A stretch of DNA of 62,261 nucleotides, filler included, from Circinaria calcarea (GCA_051942165.1; 19 parts of 19 records of this genome joined end to end with filler, not necessarily neighbours in it), one strand, 5' to 3'. Counted from the whole stretch's first letter, positions 26,324-39,825 are shown. Notes: generated by a model from the sequence alone, not told the origin. Translations and numbers: made by a program.

Positions 26324-28078
26324 TGGCCCGGCCTTGGATGATTCGCGGTACAGTCAACAGTCTATTCACTGGACGCTCCGAGCTACTAGATCGAATCCAG
26401 AGCGCCTTCCGTGTTGAAAAGGCTTCAGGTGCCAAAGAGCAGAAGAGGTTCGTCATTACTGGCCTGGGGGGGCAGGGAAAGAGCGAGATCTGCCTAAAAG
26501 CCGCGGACCTGATGCGAGCAGAGTGCGTTGCAACTGTGACTGTGGTTATACACTTGTTATTTTGGCTTACAGTAACAGCTTCTGAGGCCTGTTCTGGGTC
26601 GATGTCAGCAGTCGAAGGACTGCTGAAAACGACTTCATCGCCGTTGCAAAGGCGCTTGGTTTCTCGGTTGAAACATCCACGATTCACTTTACGCGCTTGC
26701 AAATACGAAGAGAAGCTGGCTTCTTATCCTAGACAACGCCAATGACCCGAACTTCGATTACAAAGAGTATCTTCCGCCCGGAACCCAAGGCGCGGTGATC
26801 ATAACATCTCGTGTTCCCGACTGCAGTCGGTATAGCACAGTCGGATCGGAAGCGCTTGAGGGCCTCGACCCTAAACATTCCATACAGCTTCTACTCAAAG
26901 CAGCAGGCATTCCTGAGGAGTTATGGCCGTCCTATGACCAGCAAGCGAAGGACGTTGTCGACCTCTTGGGGTCACACACTCTTGCGCTAATCCAGGCCGG
27001 CGCATACATCGCCAAAGGCCACAGGTTGCTGGAACAATATCCGGAGGAGTATCATCGGCAGCGCAAGCGGCTCCTTAAATACCGTCCCAATCAGGCGCAG
27101 TCGAGGTACAAGGATGTCTACGCTACTTTTGAGGTATCTGCAGATGTTTTAGAGAACTCCCAAAGCGAGACTGCCCATGACACTTTAGGCCTGCTTGCCA
27201 TCCTATCTATGCTACACTCTAGCGCTCTTTCGCTTCAGATCTTTGAAGACGCGTGGGAAGGTTCTAGGCAAACTCTCTGTGCTGACTACGCAGGAGTAGA
27301 TGAGGTGGACGTTCTTGGCTAATGGCATGTTTCTCGACTGCCCGGTTCTATGACTATGGAAGCGGAGGAGTGGGATGACTACCGCCTTGTAGAGGCAAGC
27401 TCGCTTCTTGCTTCACTTTCCTTGGTTACGCAGCACCACTTGCACGACTTCGTTGGACTATCGATGCGTCCGCTAACGCACGCGTGGGCCAAGGACCGTC
27501 AGAACAAGGACCAGCAACAAGAGGCATGGATATCTACAGGATCTATCCTTGCATTATCGTGGTGGGAGTCAGAGGCATGGCAAGTGTACGAAAGGGAGCT
27601 GCGACCGCATGTGAAATCCTATCTCACGCCGAGAATCGAGTCGGTTTTCTCATATGGTTTTCAAAGAAAGATCCTGCCAATCAATCTCAAGTGTGGGTGG
27701 ATCCTGTTACAAATGCGGGACGACTCGCAACTTGCTTCTCTTCTTGAGTGCGTATATCGCGAACTTGGTATCACGCCGTCAAACCCATCAAGAGAGCATC
27801 TGCCGATATACCTTGCAGCGATAAATCTGCTCTACTTGGGCGACTCCAGACAGGCTTTGGAGCTGCTGGAGCATGTGGTCAAGATCCGCGAGACTACGCT
27901 GGCTGAGACTCACCCAGATCGACTGGCATCACAACAGGTGCTTGCTCGTGCTTACAATGCAAATGGACAGATTGAGCAGGCCGTGGAGCTGCTGAAGCAT
28001 GTGGTCAAGATCAAAGAGACTACGCTGGCTGAGACTCACCCAGATCGACTCATATCAGAGGACGCGCTCGCAAATTAG
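26324..28078 (+). pseudogene. NLR-like NB-ARC (STAND) + TPR protein, decayed
   Basis: FTGR, P-loop GLGGQGKSE, WLLILDNAND, IITSR, LALIQAGAYI and two 42-aa TPRs. TGA at 26583, a frameshift near 26670 and TAA at 27320. Confidence 0.88.
27860..28050 (+). repeat. Near-identical 126-nt-period TPR-coding direct repeat (2 copies)
   Basis: gagctgctg(g/a)agcatgtggtcaagatc..gagactacgctggctgagactcacccagatcgact occurs twice. Confidence 0.9.
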
Positions 28079-28370
28079 CTTAATAACTCGTTAAGATTGG
28101 AAAAAAAAAACATTCTAACGTTTTCTCTTTGATATTGTTATCCAACATGTTATAAGTAGAACAAAAACAAATCGAGCAGTGGAGTAGGACAGATTATATA
28201 CCTTTGTTATAGTCGACACGAACTCAGGTACTAAATGAGCGGCTGGTGATGGCTTCAGGAATAAGAAGTGCGGGCCATGTACGAGGATATCAGGTGATCG
28301 ATATAGTGCATGTTTATCGACAATATACCTGTAGTTCCTCAACAACGCTGCATTAGGTGTGTAGAAATAC

Positions 28371-28568
28371 TTACTCTTCAAGCAATCGAGAAACCGTCTT
28401 ACATCCACCACGCCTTGCCATCCTTACTGCCTTATCTCTAGACTTATCATTTACGCCTTCCTGTTTTAACAACAGCCGCACCATGGCTTCATGACCTCCA
28501 AACACCGCGCACAATAGCGCATCATCCCACCCCGCGCTGTCACTGTTCCGTTCCAAAAACAGGCGCAA
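28371..28568 (-). pseudogene. Ankyrin-repeat gene remnant
   Basis: ALLCAVFGGHEAMVRLLL and AVRMARRGGCKTVSRLL match the ankyrin consensus; no intact 5' part visible. Confidence 0.65.
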
Positions 28569-28744
28569 TGCTGCTTCTCTCCGCTACTCTCTGTTGCCGG
28601 TTCTTTCTTGTTGGACGAGTTCTCGTAGACTGGTAGGGGGTACGCTTGAAGGCCATTCTCCAAGTGTTCGGCGTCCTATCTTCGGCGGCCGAAGCGAGAC
28701 CCGCGGGTTACGAGGGTGCGTTGGGGTTAGTGAAGGTAATATTG

Positions 28745-29509
28745 TGTTATAGCACCACCGCCGGGTGCTCCAAATCTTCTATAAATCGCCCTGTTGCTAC
28801 CGCATTCTGGATTGTTGCTCGGACCGCTTTTACGTTGGGCTGCCAGTGCGCTGGGTTTGACGCTGCCTTTCCTCCCAGGAAGAAGGATAGGTCACCTCGT
28901 TTTGTTTCCGTCTGCCGTAGCAATACATCTCTCTGGGTCGTCTATGTGGTGCATCTAAACATGAAGTGCTGGACCGTCTCCTTCACTGCTCCGTAGTCAT
29001 ATTGGTCCGATTCCACTACTCTAATTCGCTGTAAATAGCTGTTCAGTCCAATCATCCCTATTCTCAGCCGAGCGAGTAAAGCTGCCTCTGTCCGGTTTAG
29101 ACCATCATATAATCTCTTTGTATGTTGGCCTAGCAGGGCAGCGTTTATCATGTTTCCTCACCGCCTGTGGGATCTGTCCGTATCCGCAACTCCTTTTTTT
29201 GCTAGATCAATTGTCGTAGATTTGGTCTGGGGAAACCGCTTGACCACTTCTTTTCCGCGTTCGGTGGCTTTTATTGCCTTTTCTTTGCTACCTGGCCCTG
29301 CCTGGAGTCCTCTGTTGTTGCCCAGGCCCCCACGACGTGGTTCCCTCTTGCGTTTTCTCGCCACACCGCCTCATATATCTGCCTAATGCTCGCTTGCCCT
29401 GAATGTTGGTTTGGCGGTGAAGCGCTTGGAGTGCGGCTTGATTGCTAGTCTGTATAAAGATCATCTTGTTGTCGATATCTAGTTATCGGTTTAATGTCAT
29501 AGCTATTGC
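28745..29509 (-). mobile_element. Non-LTR retrotransposon (LINE, Tad1-like) 3' relic
   Basis: HTKRLYDGL..EAALLARLRIG..LNSYLQRI..ETVQHFMFRC..LSFFLGGK..AVATGRF is the degenerate ORF2 C-terminal CCHC region, with in-frame stops. Confidence 0.85.
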
Positions 29510-30049
29510 NNNNNNNNNNNNNNNNNNNNNNNNNNNNNNNNNNNNNNNNNNNNTTAATTAATTAANNNNNNNNNNNNNNNNNNNNNNNNNNNNNNNNNNN
29601 NNNNNNNNNGGTATAGGGAGGAAATTTCCATGTCGAGTCTGAATTAGGGTAGGGGGTTGAGATTCGGAAAGGAAGGGGACGAGGGAAAGGGAAAGGGAAA
29701 GGGGCGGGGTATTTGATTGCGGGCATGAACATTGGGAGTTTGTTTGTTCGGAAGGAAAGGAGCCGTGAAATGGGTTTGAATGGGATGCTACGCACACTAA
29801 ACGCTATAGCCAGTTCCCACCGTTCCCTCGACCATCTATCCCATAGCTTCGTTTCCCCGCCGACCTGGCGACACTAAAGAATACATCCCCTACCAAACTA
29901 TCTCCTGCCACCTTTCCCCATCCAAGATCATTCGTTTTAACCCGGCTAGTGGTAAGAACAATGATGCGAGGATTCCTCTCCGACTGCTCGAGCATGGGGA
30001 TTCCCCTTGTGAGTCTCGCGAGTGCTATGGGATGAAGGATGCAGCACCG

Positions 30050-32010
30050 TCAGAAAGCCCAGTTGGCGATAGATTTCTGGACGGGGAGCGTCCGGCTATG
30101 GGTAAGGTGTCCGACCTTGCTGTTGGATACCGTGGAATTGTGCCATGGACAGGATGTCTCGGTAGGGGAAACAGGGTTTGAGTCAGCCGGATAGGGCTCT
30201 CCTGTTGATTGGGAAAGATTTGCCCCGTAGACCACGGATTCTCTTCTTGGCACGGGTCTCCCCCGGGATGGCATCCCCTGCCCGCGTCCAAAGGTTGCCT
30301 TCGCCGGTACGGTGGTATATTGGAGACCGGCATAGGGTGTCAAGCCCGGCGACGGTGTATTGCCCGACCATGAGCTCTCTGCTGCCGGTGTTAACGGGGC
30401 GCGCGGATTTTGGAAGTAGGGAAAGGGGGACGATTGGGCGGTTCGAGGTAGAGGGGTGGTGAAGGATCGAGAAGGCCGAGTAAAATCTGTTAGGGTTGAA
30501 GTTGTTGGCGCCGGTGAACGGTTAGGTGGAGAGGTACACACCGGGGGTGGTGTCGAGCAGTTTTTTGACGGTGTCGGTATAGACTCCTGGTCATTAATGT
30601 TATCCTGAGGCTGTGATTGTAATGGAAGCTCAGAATGAAATTGCGAAGGGAGATTGGCTGGTAACAAAGGGTGGCGAGAATAATGACTGCTAGCTACACG
30701 ATTCGAAGGAAGATGAGCCATCCACTTTGGAGTATGAAGAGTCTTTTTTGCCCGGTGCGATGGTAGCATAGTCATCCATTTGGGAAGAGGACGAGGTTTG
30801 CTAGGACTGTAGGAGTCGTTCGGATCGAGAGGACGGAAGATCGAAACGTGCGTTGGCCGCTCGATAGAGTCTCGATCTATAGCAAGCTTCTGATTAGTGG
30901 TCGTTTCAACTTGAAAAGCTCCCGAGGTTCTTTTGAGCTCTGGCATATTATTATCTTCAACAACGGCCTTTCTCAACTTCGATGGCTGCTCTGTACCGTG
31001 ACCCGGCACACTTTCATGTTTTTCGTAATGCAGAATTTGGGCTTCATCGATTACATTGCCTGTGCCTGCCGACCCGTCATCGCTAACAGACATTCGTCGA
31101 AGCATGGATCTCTTCCTCTTCAAGTTCACCGTGGCATCATTGATCTGCCCTTCTTCTGACAATCGTGGAGTGGCTGAATGCTCTGCAAGATTCTCTGCAT
31201 ACCTCCAGTCCTCACGGCAGTACTTACACAGCGGTGTTTCGTACAGCTGGATACCCCCACTATCATCTGACCATTTAGGAGGTTTTAGCGGTGTCTGTAG
31301 ATAATTCATTAGTGGTCTAGATTTCCTACTCAAATTGGAAAGTCCGCGAGTACCTTGCAGACCAAACAACCAAGACATCCCCAGTGCCACCAGCACCAGC
31401 CAAATCCGACCCTCTCCTCTCGACGTCCCACAACCTCGCCACATGTCCAGCATATCGCGAGGTTATAGATCCATATCCAGCATGCCTCGCAAAAAACTCT
31501 CCCTGTTCCCTCAGGCCTTGTCATATCACTATCTCGACCGAAGTGTGCGAGATTATGGGTGCTTGGGAAGGAATAGGGTTGATTGTTACTGGGTACGGCG
31601 TGGTGACACAGTGAACACTTGTAAAGTGGTTGTAGCTCCCTTCTTTGCTCCTGAATGGCGTGTATTGCAGATAGCGAGTGACTTCGACTAGTTACTAACG
31701 GAGACCAGACCGGTTTTTCATTTCCTGCCGCGCTCTCTGCATCTTGATGTCCTGACGGGTTCTCTCGATCCTCATTCTTGCGCGTAACTTCAGGCTCTTT
31801 ACCCTGTACCGCATTTTTAGGCTTCTGAGCCTGTGCCTTACTGAACTCATTGTGCTCGTGGAGGGTGGAAAGCTGAGGACGCGAAGTCTTCGATTTTAAT
31901 GGCTTTGGAACGAGATGCTCATTTATCGATGATGAATAGGACGGGACAAAAGGAATGATTGGTAAAGATAGACGATAACGGGGTTTAAAGGTTGGTAGGA
32001 CAGGTGCCAT
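30050..32010 (-). CDS. LIM-like zinc-binding protein with Pro/Ser-rich tail (intron 31295-31353)
   Basis: CSLC..CEAC..CWTCGEVV..WHWGCLGCLVCK/TPL..LCKYC; GTACTC..CTAAT..CAG intron joins two long ORFs. Confidence 0.75.
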
Positions 32011-32285
32011 ATGCCTATAACGAATGTAGTGCACGAATGAAGCTGTTGGGAATAGGAAACGAAGGCCAATTACAATGGAGAGCGAAGACGACACAATTAT
32101 AAAAAGTATCCACTAAGCTAAGGACCAGAAAATGGAGAAGGTACGATGGAGTTGAATTGGGATCCCGATATCTAGAATAGCAGGACCCTGTCAATCCTAA
32201 TAAGCTTTGAAATACTTATAATAGTTTGACGATACACCTCCACCATTTTTCAATAAAGTCGTCATTATAGTAGCAGCATAAGTTC

Positions 32286-32790
32286 CTAATAGCCCCAGTA
32301 TCCCTTAACCAAGTAAGTCGAATACGCCGCCACTCCGCCTAACCAGGCAACGGACCCATAATAACCCAGCGCCCTCCCAGGGCCACCCGTATTTTTTGAC
32401 TTCAATCCAAACTCCGCATGCGCGACCCTGAGAGCCAGCAAAGCCGCCATGGCGTAATTTAACACGGTCCGATTTGCACCATTCAACTCGGCGACTCCCG
32501 CCAGTATAAAGGCCAAAGGGACGTTCTCGAGGAAGTTCTCGAAGCAGCGGGAATTGACGAAAAGCAGGTCCGTTGTCGGGTTGGTCACCGTTCGCTTTTC
32601 CTCTGGGATCTGGTTGCCAAAGTATTGGCGGTGCTGGATGCGGGTGACGACGATGCGGCCGGAGAGGAACATGTAGTAGGCGGTGAAGGGAAGGGCCCAG
32701 GTGCCAAGTATTGCTGGAGTGACATGTTTAGTGAGGATCTGGAGCAAATGGGAGCTTTCATCTGGGGACCCGCGTACGAAGCATCTTCGG
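32286..32790 (-). CDS. MAPEG-family membrane protein (5' end at contig edge)
   Basis: SRCFENFLENVPLAFILAGVAELNG..LRVAHAEFG..GRALG. Confidence 0.88.
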
Positions 32791-32890
32791 NNNNNNNNNN
32801 NNNNNNNNNNNNNNNNNNNNNNNNNNNNNNNNNNTTAATTAATTAANNNNNNNNNNNNNNNNNNNNNNNNNNNNNNNNNNNNNNNNNNNN

Positions 32891-33192
32891 CAATTCTCCC
32901 CCGGAAACCAATGCGTACCCCGTTGGCGGAAGATGATGTTACCGGGGACAACGAGTTCGGAGTCGGATTTCTTGGCTCCGAGACGTTTTCCAGGACCGGG
33001 TGCGGCTTTGTTCGCACGACCTTGACTTGCATGGGATGCAGGGCGGGTGTTAGGCGGAGAGACTTTGAGGGAAGATAGGAGATGGAGGATTGGTCGTTGG
33101 GAGAGCAATGTGACGAGGGGGGAAGAGCAATTTGATAGACTCGAGCACGAAGTTATCGTTCGGGCAGATGCCCATATTCGAGGTTGGAGCAT
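32891..33192 (-). CDS. MRP7: Mitochondrial ribosomal protein bL27m, 5' part
   Basis: Presequence, then [37 protein letters not shown]. Confidence 0.93.
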
Positions 33193-33405
33193 GGTTGATA
33201 TTCGACTCGTAAGGTGGTCCTCGCACCGTACCTCGTAAAGAGTTGAGTCGATTTCCTTGGCAGCTCTGACCACGCTAAGCCCTATGGTATATCATATCTG
33301 ATCGCGAAATGTAAACAACCAGATTTGGGGACTTCACACCACAATTAGCCAAAACAATGATCGAGGGCTGATTTTCTCACATAACTTTCAATACAATCAC
33401 TTGAA

Positions 33406-36070
33406 ATGAGTTGCGATAATTCACCCTCACCGTCACCAAAGGGACCACCACCCTTTTCCACTTCAACCCTTACCTCCCCCATCTTCACATCCACTCTACC
33501 CCTCCCGCGCACAGCCTCGGATTCGGTTCTACCTACGCGCAGAATATCTACCAAAAGGCAGCAGCAATTAATGGCCCGCCGTCAGAAGCGGACGCGCTCT
33601 GCTGCTTCGTCAATCGCGTCTCAATCATCCTCTGAAAGTGATCGTGACGACATTGATGGATTTAGTATGGGCGATTTCAGCATTGATCTAGCACGATTTG
33701 GGGGCAGCTTTGTAAATGGAGTAAAGGGTGCTGTAAATGAGTCTGCGATCACGGTACCGAAAAGGGAGAAAGATGCGGTGGAGAGTGAAGATGAAGGACC
33801 GACGGACTTTACAATGCATCTGGAGGAGTATATGCGAGGGGCGAAGACCTGGAAGATGAAGGGAAAGGGAAAGGAACTGGAGGGGGAGAGCAAACATGAC
33901 GATGAGATGATAAGGGAGGTAGGGGATCAGGAAGAGAAAATCGAGGAGAAGGAACACAAGTTTGAAGGCGTATTCAGCCAAGAAGGTGAATCAATATCTC
34001 CCGATGATATGGAGAATAGTGTTATCCACAGAGAGCAAGGACCAAATACCCCACCAATTTCACGGCTCAACGCGGAAGCGCTCCAAGACAAGGCCGCTCA
34101 GGAAGTCTTTTCGCAAATTTCTGCGCTGCAAGCTGAAGTCGAGAGACTACGTCTCGAAGCAGAGGATCACCGAGCAGAGAAGCTGGCATTGGAAGAGGAT
34201 CACCTAAGATTGACGGATCAGAATGAGGATATGGCGTTTGAGATACATGCAGCTGATCAGGCGATAGCTGCGTTAGAAGCTCAAAATAGAGCCCGGGCAG
34301 AAGAATGGGAATCCAAGATGGAGAAGAATCGCGAAAATGCCACCAGGTTTGGGTCCCTGCGATCTAAATTTGAGCCGTTGGCGCAGGAGCTCGACGCCGT
34401 TAGGAAGGAAGCTGAGGCTGCCAAGGAAGACGCTGGAGCTGCAAGGAAAGAAGTGGAACTTGGAAAGAAAGACTCAGAGCTTACGCGAAAGGAGTTGGAG
34501 ACTACAAGAAAGGAAATGGAAGCTGCGGGGAATGAGGCAGAGGCTGTAAGAAAGGATATCGACGCTGCTCTAAAGAAGATGGAGGTTGCCAAGATGGAGA
34601 CTGACATTGCTAGAAAGGAGACTGATGCTGCTAGAAAGGAGAGGGAGGCTGCTAGAGAAGAGACTGAGGCTCTGAAGCAAGAGTTGGAGACATCGAAGAG
34701 GGAAACGGTGACTGCGAATGAGGCAGCGGAGGCTGCAAGGCGAGAAACCGAGGTTGCGAGGCAGGAGACGGAGGCCGCGAGACAGGAGATAGAGGACACG
34801 AAAGTGGAGGCAAAGGCAGTGAGAGTCGAGATGAAGAGAACAAAGGAACAACTAGAGGTTACAAAACAAGATACCAGTGCGAAGATTGTCGACTTCACGG
34901 AGCAATTGAAGCACTCACAAGAACAATTAGCGACAGCAGTGGCAGAGAGAAAGGAAATTGTGACCCTATACCATCAAGCCGCCACAAAATACGACAGTCT
35001 GCAATCAGAACTTTTCCAATGCAAACAAGATCTCTCTGGTCAATTAGAGGCATCCCAAGCGCGGGACTGTGAGTTCAGATCCCAAATCAAAAACCTTGAA
35101 GCACGTTTACGGACTGCGGATGAGCCAACTTCCCATATCAACATCCTGCGTACCGAACTTGAGCATACCCAGGAACAGCTATCTGAAACTCAACGTCTAT
35201 TGGAGACTGTTGGGGAAGAAAATGATCGTTTCACCCAGCAGAACAAAAGGCAGCTGGAGGAGACTGAATCTATGAAATCAGAGCTGATAGCCACCAGGCG
35301 GTCAGCCTCTGAATACCAGGAGAAAATAGCCGAAACGGAGGGCGAAATCGAAAAGATTCAAGGAGAAATCGAGAAATTACATGTACAGAAGGAGGCCACT
35401 AATAGTAAGATTTCAGAGCTTACAGAAGAGCTTGACCGAGTCAAGGAACTTCGTCAAGGTGAGCTCGAAGCAGCACGAGCAGACCTGGGATCAGGGGACA
35501 ATGAATCCGAAGACAATCGGCTCGCAGATCAGCTCGATCGCGTCAGCGCTCACTACGAAACCGAGCTCGACAACCTAAGATCGAATTACGAAGCCGAAAT
35601 GAAGAAACTTAAATCCACCCTCCACGCCGCAGAAGGCATGAAAAAGCACGAAGACGGCCTCGTAAAAGCCCACGCTGATGCTCTCTCATCTCTAGAAACC
35701 AAGATCGAAACCTTGGAGAAAGAAAAGCCCGGTCTTGCCAGCCCTACAGTTCCCTCTACAGAAATTTCAGCCCTCACATCCACCCTCTCTACTACCCGCG
35801 CCTCCCTCCTCCTCGCCCAACAAGAACTCGCTCAAACGCGTACAGCTCTCCTCACCACGCAAACAGCCCTGCAGCAGTCCCAACAACTCCTTGAATCGCA
35901 ACAGGCAGACCATGAAGCCGTTAACAAAGCACTAGAAGCGCGCTTCAGCGAGGTCATGGAGAAGAGGGAAAAGGAGTGGAGGAGACGGATTGGCGTGTTG
36001 TTACGGGAAAGGGAGAAAATGGGCAAGGCGCTGATGTGGGCATGGGGAAAGGAGGAGGTGGGGATGGTGG
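33406..36070 (+). CDS. Long coiled-coil protein, spindle-pole-body SnaD-like (3' end cut)
   Basis: GPTDFTMHLEEYMRG and REKEWRRRIGVLLREREKMGKALMWAWGKEE flank about 600 aa of heptads; divergent from MRP7 with a 213-bp gap. Confidence 0.72.
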
Positions 36071-36170
36071 NNNNNNNNNNNNNNNNNNNNNNNNNNNNNN
36101 NNNNNNNNNNNNNNTTAATTAATTAANNNNNNNNNNNNNNNNNNNNNNNNNNNNNNNNNNNNNNNNNNNN

Positions 36171-37177
36171 TGAATGTGCTTTGCCTGTTCTGCCCGCTGT
36201 TTCATTTTTGCTTCCGCTTTCGCTTCCCTCAACAAGAGCTTTCTCCTTTTGGCTTTATTCCTCTCCGCTGGAGTCTTTCGCTCCGGGCGCCGCTTGGTCA
36301 GCCACTCCGCACCCTCGTACTCACTTTCAAACCCCTCCCATGCGCTTTCGTCTTCTGTTTGGTAATCGTCTTTTTCATCTTGCGCAGCTGCAATTCTTTT
36401 TTGGATCTCTTCTTCTACCGCTGCATCCGCACGTCTCTTCTTCTCCGCCTCCACTTCCTTTTCACCCTCTTCGGTCAGGAGCTGGCTCCAGTCCTGGAAG
36501 TCGGGATTGTAGCTTGTGCCAGCTTTAGGTTTCAAGACCGCAGGGATAGCCTTTGCGCCTGCAACGAGCGAGATGGGTGCTTCCTTGAGCGTTTTGGGTG
36601 CTCGGATTGGCTTTGGCTTCTCTAGGTATGAGAATCTCGGATCTTGCTCTTCCACAACATCTACCCAAGGATCATAGGCAGACACTTGGTCGTTTTCGAC
36701 TATGTCTTTCGGTACGGCCTCTCCACCGTATGCTCTGTTCTTCAACCTTTCGTACTCCTTGTGACTAACCCCATTACCTTTGCGTCTTTTACTACCAGGC
36801 TCAATAACACCATCTGTCAAACCGGATCGCGTCCGAGAATCTATAGCTGGAACAGCTGATCGTTGCGCAAGGATTTGATCTGCTTTGAGGGGCTTGTGGG
36901 TCTTGTTGTATGACTTCTGGATTGCCTCGGAACCGGCGGTGTCAAGGGTGAAGAGGGCTTCAGAGGGCTTTTCGGTGATGATGCCACTGTGGATGGAGAT
37001 TTAGTATACCGCCTCCTCGAATCTCTGGGGGTAATTGACTGACCCCTCGATTACTTCAACACGAGCATTTTCAAGACCCTCTTGTATTTCAGAGACATTT
37101 ACATTCTTTCTCCACGCTCGTTTTCCCTTTCTTGACGGCTGCTTATACTGCTGAGGAGCTTCCATTGATACTGTCAT
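36171..37177 (-). CDS. NOP53: 60S biogenesis factor Nop53, 5' part (intron 36987-37043)
   Basis: QPSRKGKRAWRKNV, LFTLD (AIM motif), GTSYNPDF and PERKTPAERNK. Confidence 0.93.
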
Positions 37178-37823
37178 TTCCAGTTGCAATGTTATTATTG
37201 CATCAAAATCCCCAGCTTTACAAAGGTGGCCAGCAATGAGAAAATCATAGGTTTTTCCGTTCCGAAAACCGGTCTAAATTTCGTGGATCCCTTTAGGAAA
37301 GATAAACGCCGATTAGGGCTGTAGCCTAGCCCAGATTGTGTGATGCCATGCCCTCCCTATCTAATTCCTCGCGCTTTCATGTGGCACATAAGGCTGCCAT
37401 ATTCTCCGCTGCGTATCTAGAAGCCTATGCAGACTAGCTCAAGGCCTAAATGCACTTCGAGAGCATTACATCCGCTGATGACTCTGAGGCCAATGTAGGA
37501 TTATTGGTTGATTAGTTAAGTTGAGCTCATGCTTGCGATTTCTTGGAGGATGTTATTTTAGGCAGCATGGTGTACGAAGGAGATCTTTGAAGTATTCTGC
37601 AGTTGCGTGAATATAAAGAACTCCTGGTTTCCAGTTTTCTACATCTGATTCCTCCTTCTTTCAGAAGAGCGTCCTCTATCCCTCTATTGCACATTTATCC
37701 TTCTCTGAGACAGCAATAATCGACCACACATACAAGGCCAAATAACCACCTCATTATACCCCTTTATCTCCACCAACCCTTTTTCCCCACTGGGCCTTCC
37801 TCGTAATTCAGCGCTAAGCCATC

Positions 37824-38348
37824 ATGTCCACCCCCGCTTCAAATCGCCCCGGAACTCCTCCCTTTGACGCCCAAGAACCTATCCTTCCACCCTCCTCCTC
37901 CACCTCATACCCAACCACAACCGTCTACTTCCTCACCAACCCTTCCCACACCAACACCGTCGCCATCAAGCACGAGCTCGAAGCGCACGGCGAACTCGAC
38001 CACTCCTTTGGCGCTGACCCCAGCGACCACAAGCAGTTCTCCTACATTCCCTGGCCACACACAGCCGACGGCACGGGTGCAGACATCTTACGCATCACCA
38101 AGGAGAAAGGGGACGCCATCTTTGTGGATGCGCGGTCGGCAGAGGACAAGACGGTCATCTTGGCAAGTAAGGGATATGACGATGAAGGCGAGGAGATTAT
38201 AGGAGTGGAGTATGGGAGGTGCAAAGGACGGGAAGTTCTGATCCACTGGGTAAATTTGGATCTTCGGAATATGGTTCTGCAGGAGGTTGTGGAAGGGGAG
38301 AAGGTGGTGATTCGGGACCCGGAGACCGTGGATACAACTACTGGGTAG
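37824..38348 (+). CDS. Hypothetical protein
   Basis: 174-aa ORF with good start context (ATCATG), an upstream TATA-like element and coding-like codon usage; no family recognised. Confidence 0.7.
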   Translation: MSTPASNRPGTPPFDAQEPILPPSSSTSYPTTTVYFLTNPSHTNTVAIKHELEAHGELDHSFGADPSDHKQFSYIPWPHTADGTGADILRITKEKGDAIFVDARSAEDKTVILASKGYDDEGEEIIGVEYGRCKGREVLIHWVNLDLRNMVLQEVVEGEKVVIRDPETVDTTTG

Positions 38349-38997
38349 ATTCGGTTTTTTGAGGAGACGGAAATCTGCTGAACGAAGCTGATGATAGGGC
38401 TGGATGCAAGTGAGCTGCATTCTAGCATGCCCTGATTCGTAATGATATAGCCAATCAGGGTCACAAATTCCCATCTGTCATCCCAAATGCTCTCCTAACT
38501 TCTAAATGCCTCTGGTCCCTCCTTGACTTCTTTCTTCCAAAGCGCCCAGACCTCTACTCACTCCCAGTAAAGCCCTAAATATCACCATCAAAGCAATATT
38601 GTTTATATCACTTGATTAACAATGATAGAGAAAGAAGAATGCAGAGTAAAAAATCGTTCTATATTTGACAGTTAATTCATCAGAGCCTAAATCAAACAAC
38701 CAGTACAAGAATTTTTTAAAGAAAAACTTGTGGCGGCGTAGTTTCCATCCCGAGCCAATTATTACCGGCAGTAAATTGTCAAACGTACCCGTCCGCGCGC
38801 TCGCCTTATAATCTAATTCAATGACAACAAGTCGCAAAATCCAACTCCCTTGAACAACAAAAGCCAACATAGAAAAAAAACACCCCACAGCTTTCTTCAA
38901 CCGCGAGCCCCCTTCATTTGTAAAATTATTTCCCCTTCCCCCCAAATATTATAACAAACTCACTCCTTCAACTTCTTTCCACTAGAGATTTACAATC

Positions 38998-39347
<350 letters not shown>

Positions 39348-39449
39348 CCNNNNNNNNNNNNNNNNNNNNNNNNNNNNNNNNNNNNNNNNNNNNTTAATTA
39401 ATTAANNNNNNNNNNNNNNNNNNNNNNNNNNNNNNNNNNNNNNNNNNNN

Positions 39450-39825
39450 GGCCTCGAAAGAACCATTCAACCACGTCGTTACATTTGGCAGGAAGAAGGT
39501 ATGTTTCAAAGTAGATACGACGGCAAGTTCGTAAAAGGGTCGTGGAGATTTGTGAATGGTAACGGTAGCCCGGTCGATTGTAATGGGCAGCCTTGGTGTA
39601 TGGTTTGGACTTATCATCGTCGGCCGTGAGGGCGAATTCGAAGACCCTTGCCCGGATTTCTGGAGACAGCCGATTGAACAAGGGACAGTGATCCTGAGGG
39701 ATGGTCCTCTCCCACGTCTCCGTTGCCAAGTCATGAGCAAGCGTAGGCGTGCTAGCTACAGGACACGCCGGAGTATGGTATGGGGCGCAATACGACATGT
39801 TACGCAGAAGTGCCATGTGGGCCAT
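39450..39825 (-). CDS. F-box-like hypothetical protein, 5' part
   Basis: PLFNRLSPEIRARVFEFAL..RPGY..LLRTCRRIYFE pattern. Confidence 0.7.

Noticed and set aside
34281..34898. 205-aa Ser/Ala/Phe-rich minus-strand ORF, and similar antisense ORFs throughout
   Set aside because: Shadow of the repetitive coiled-coil gene on the opposite strand.
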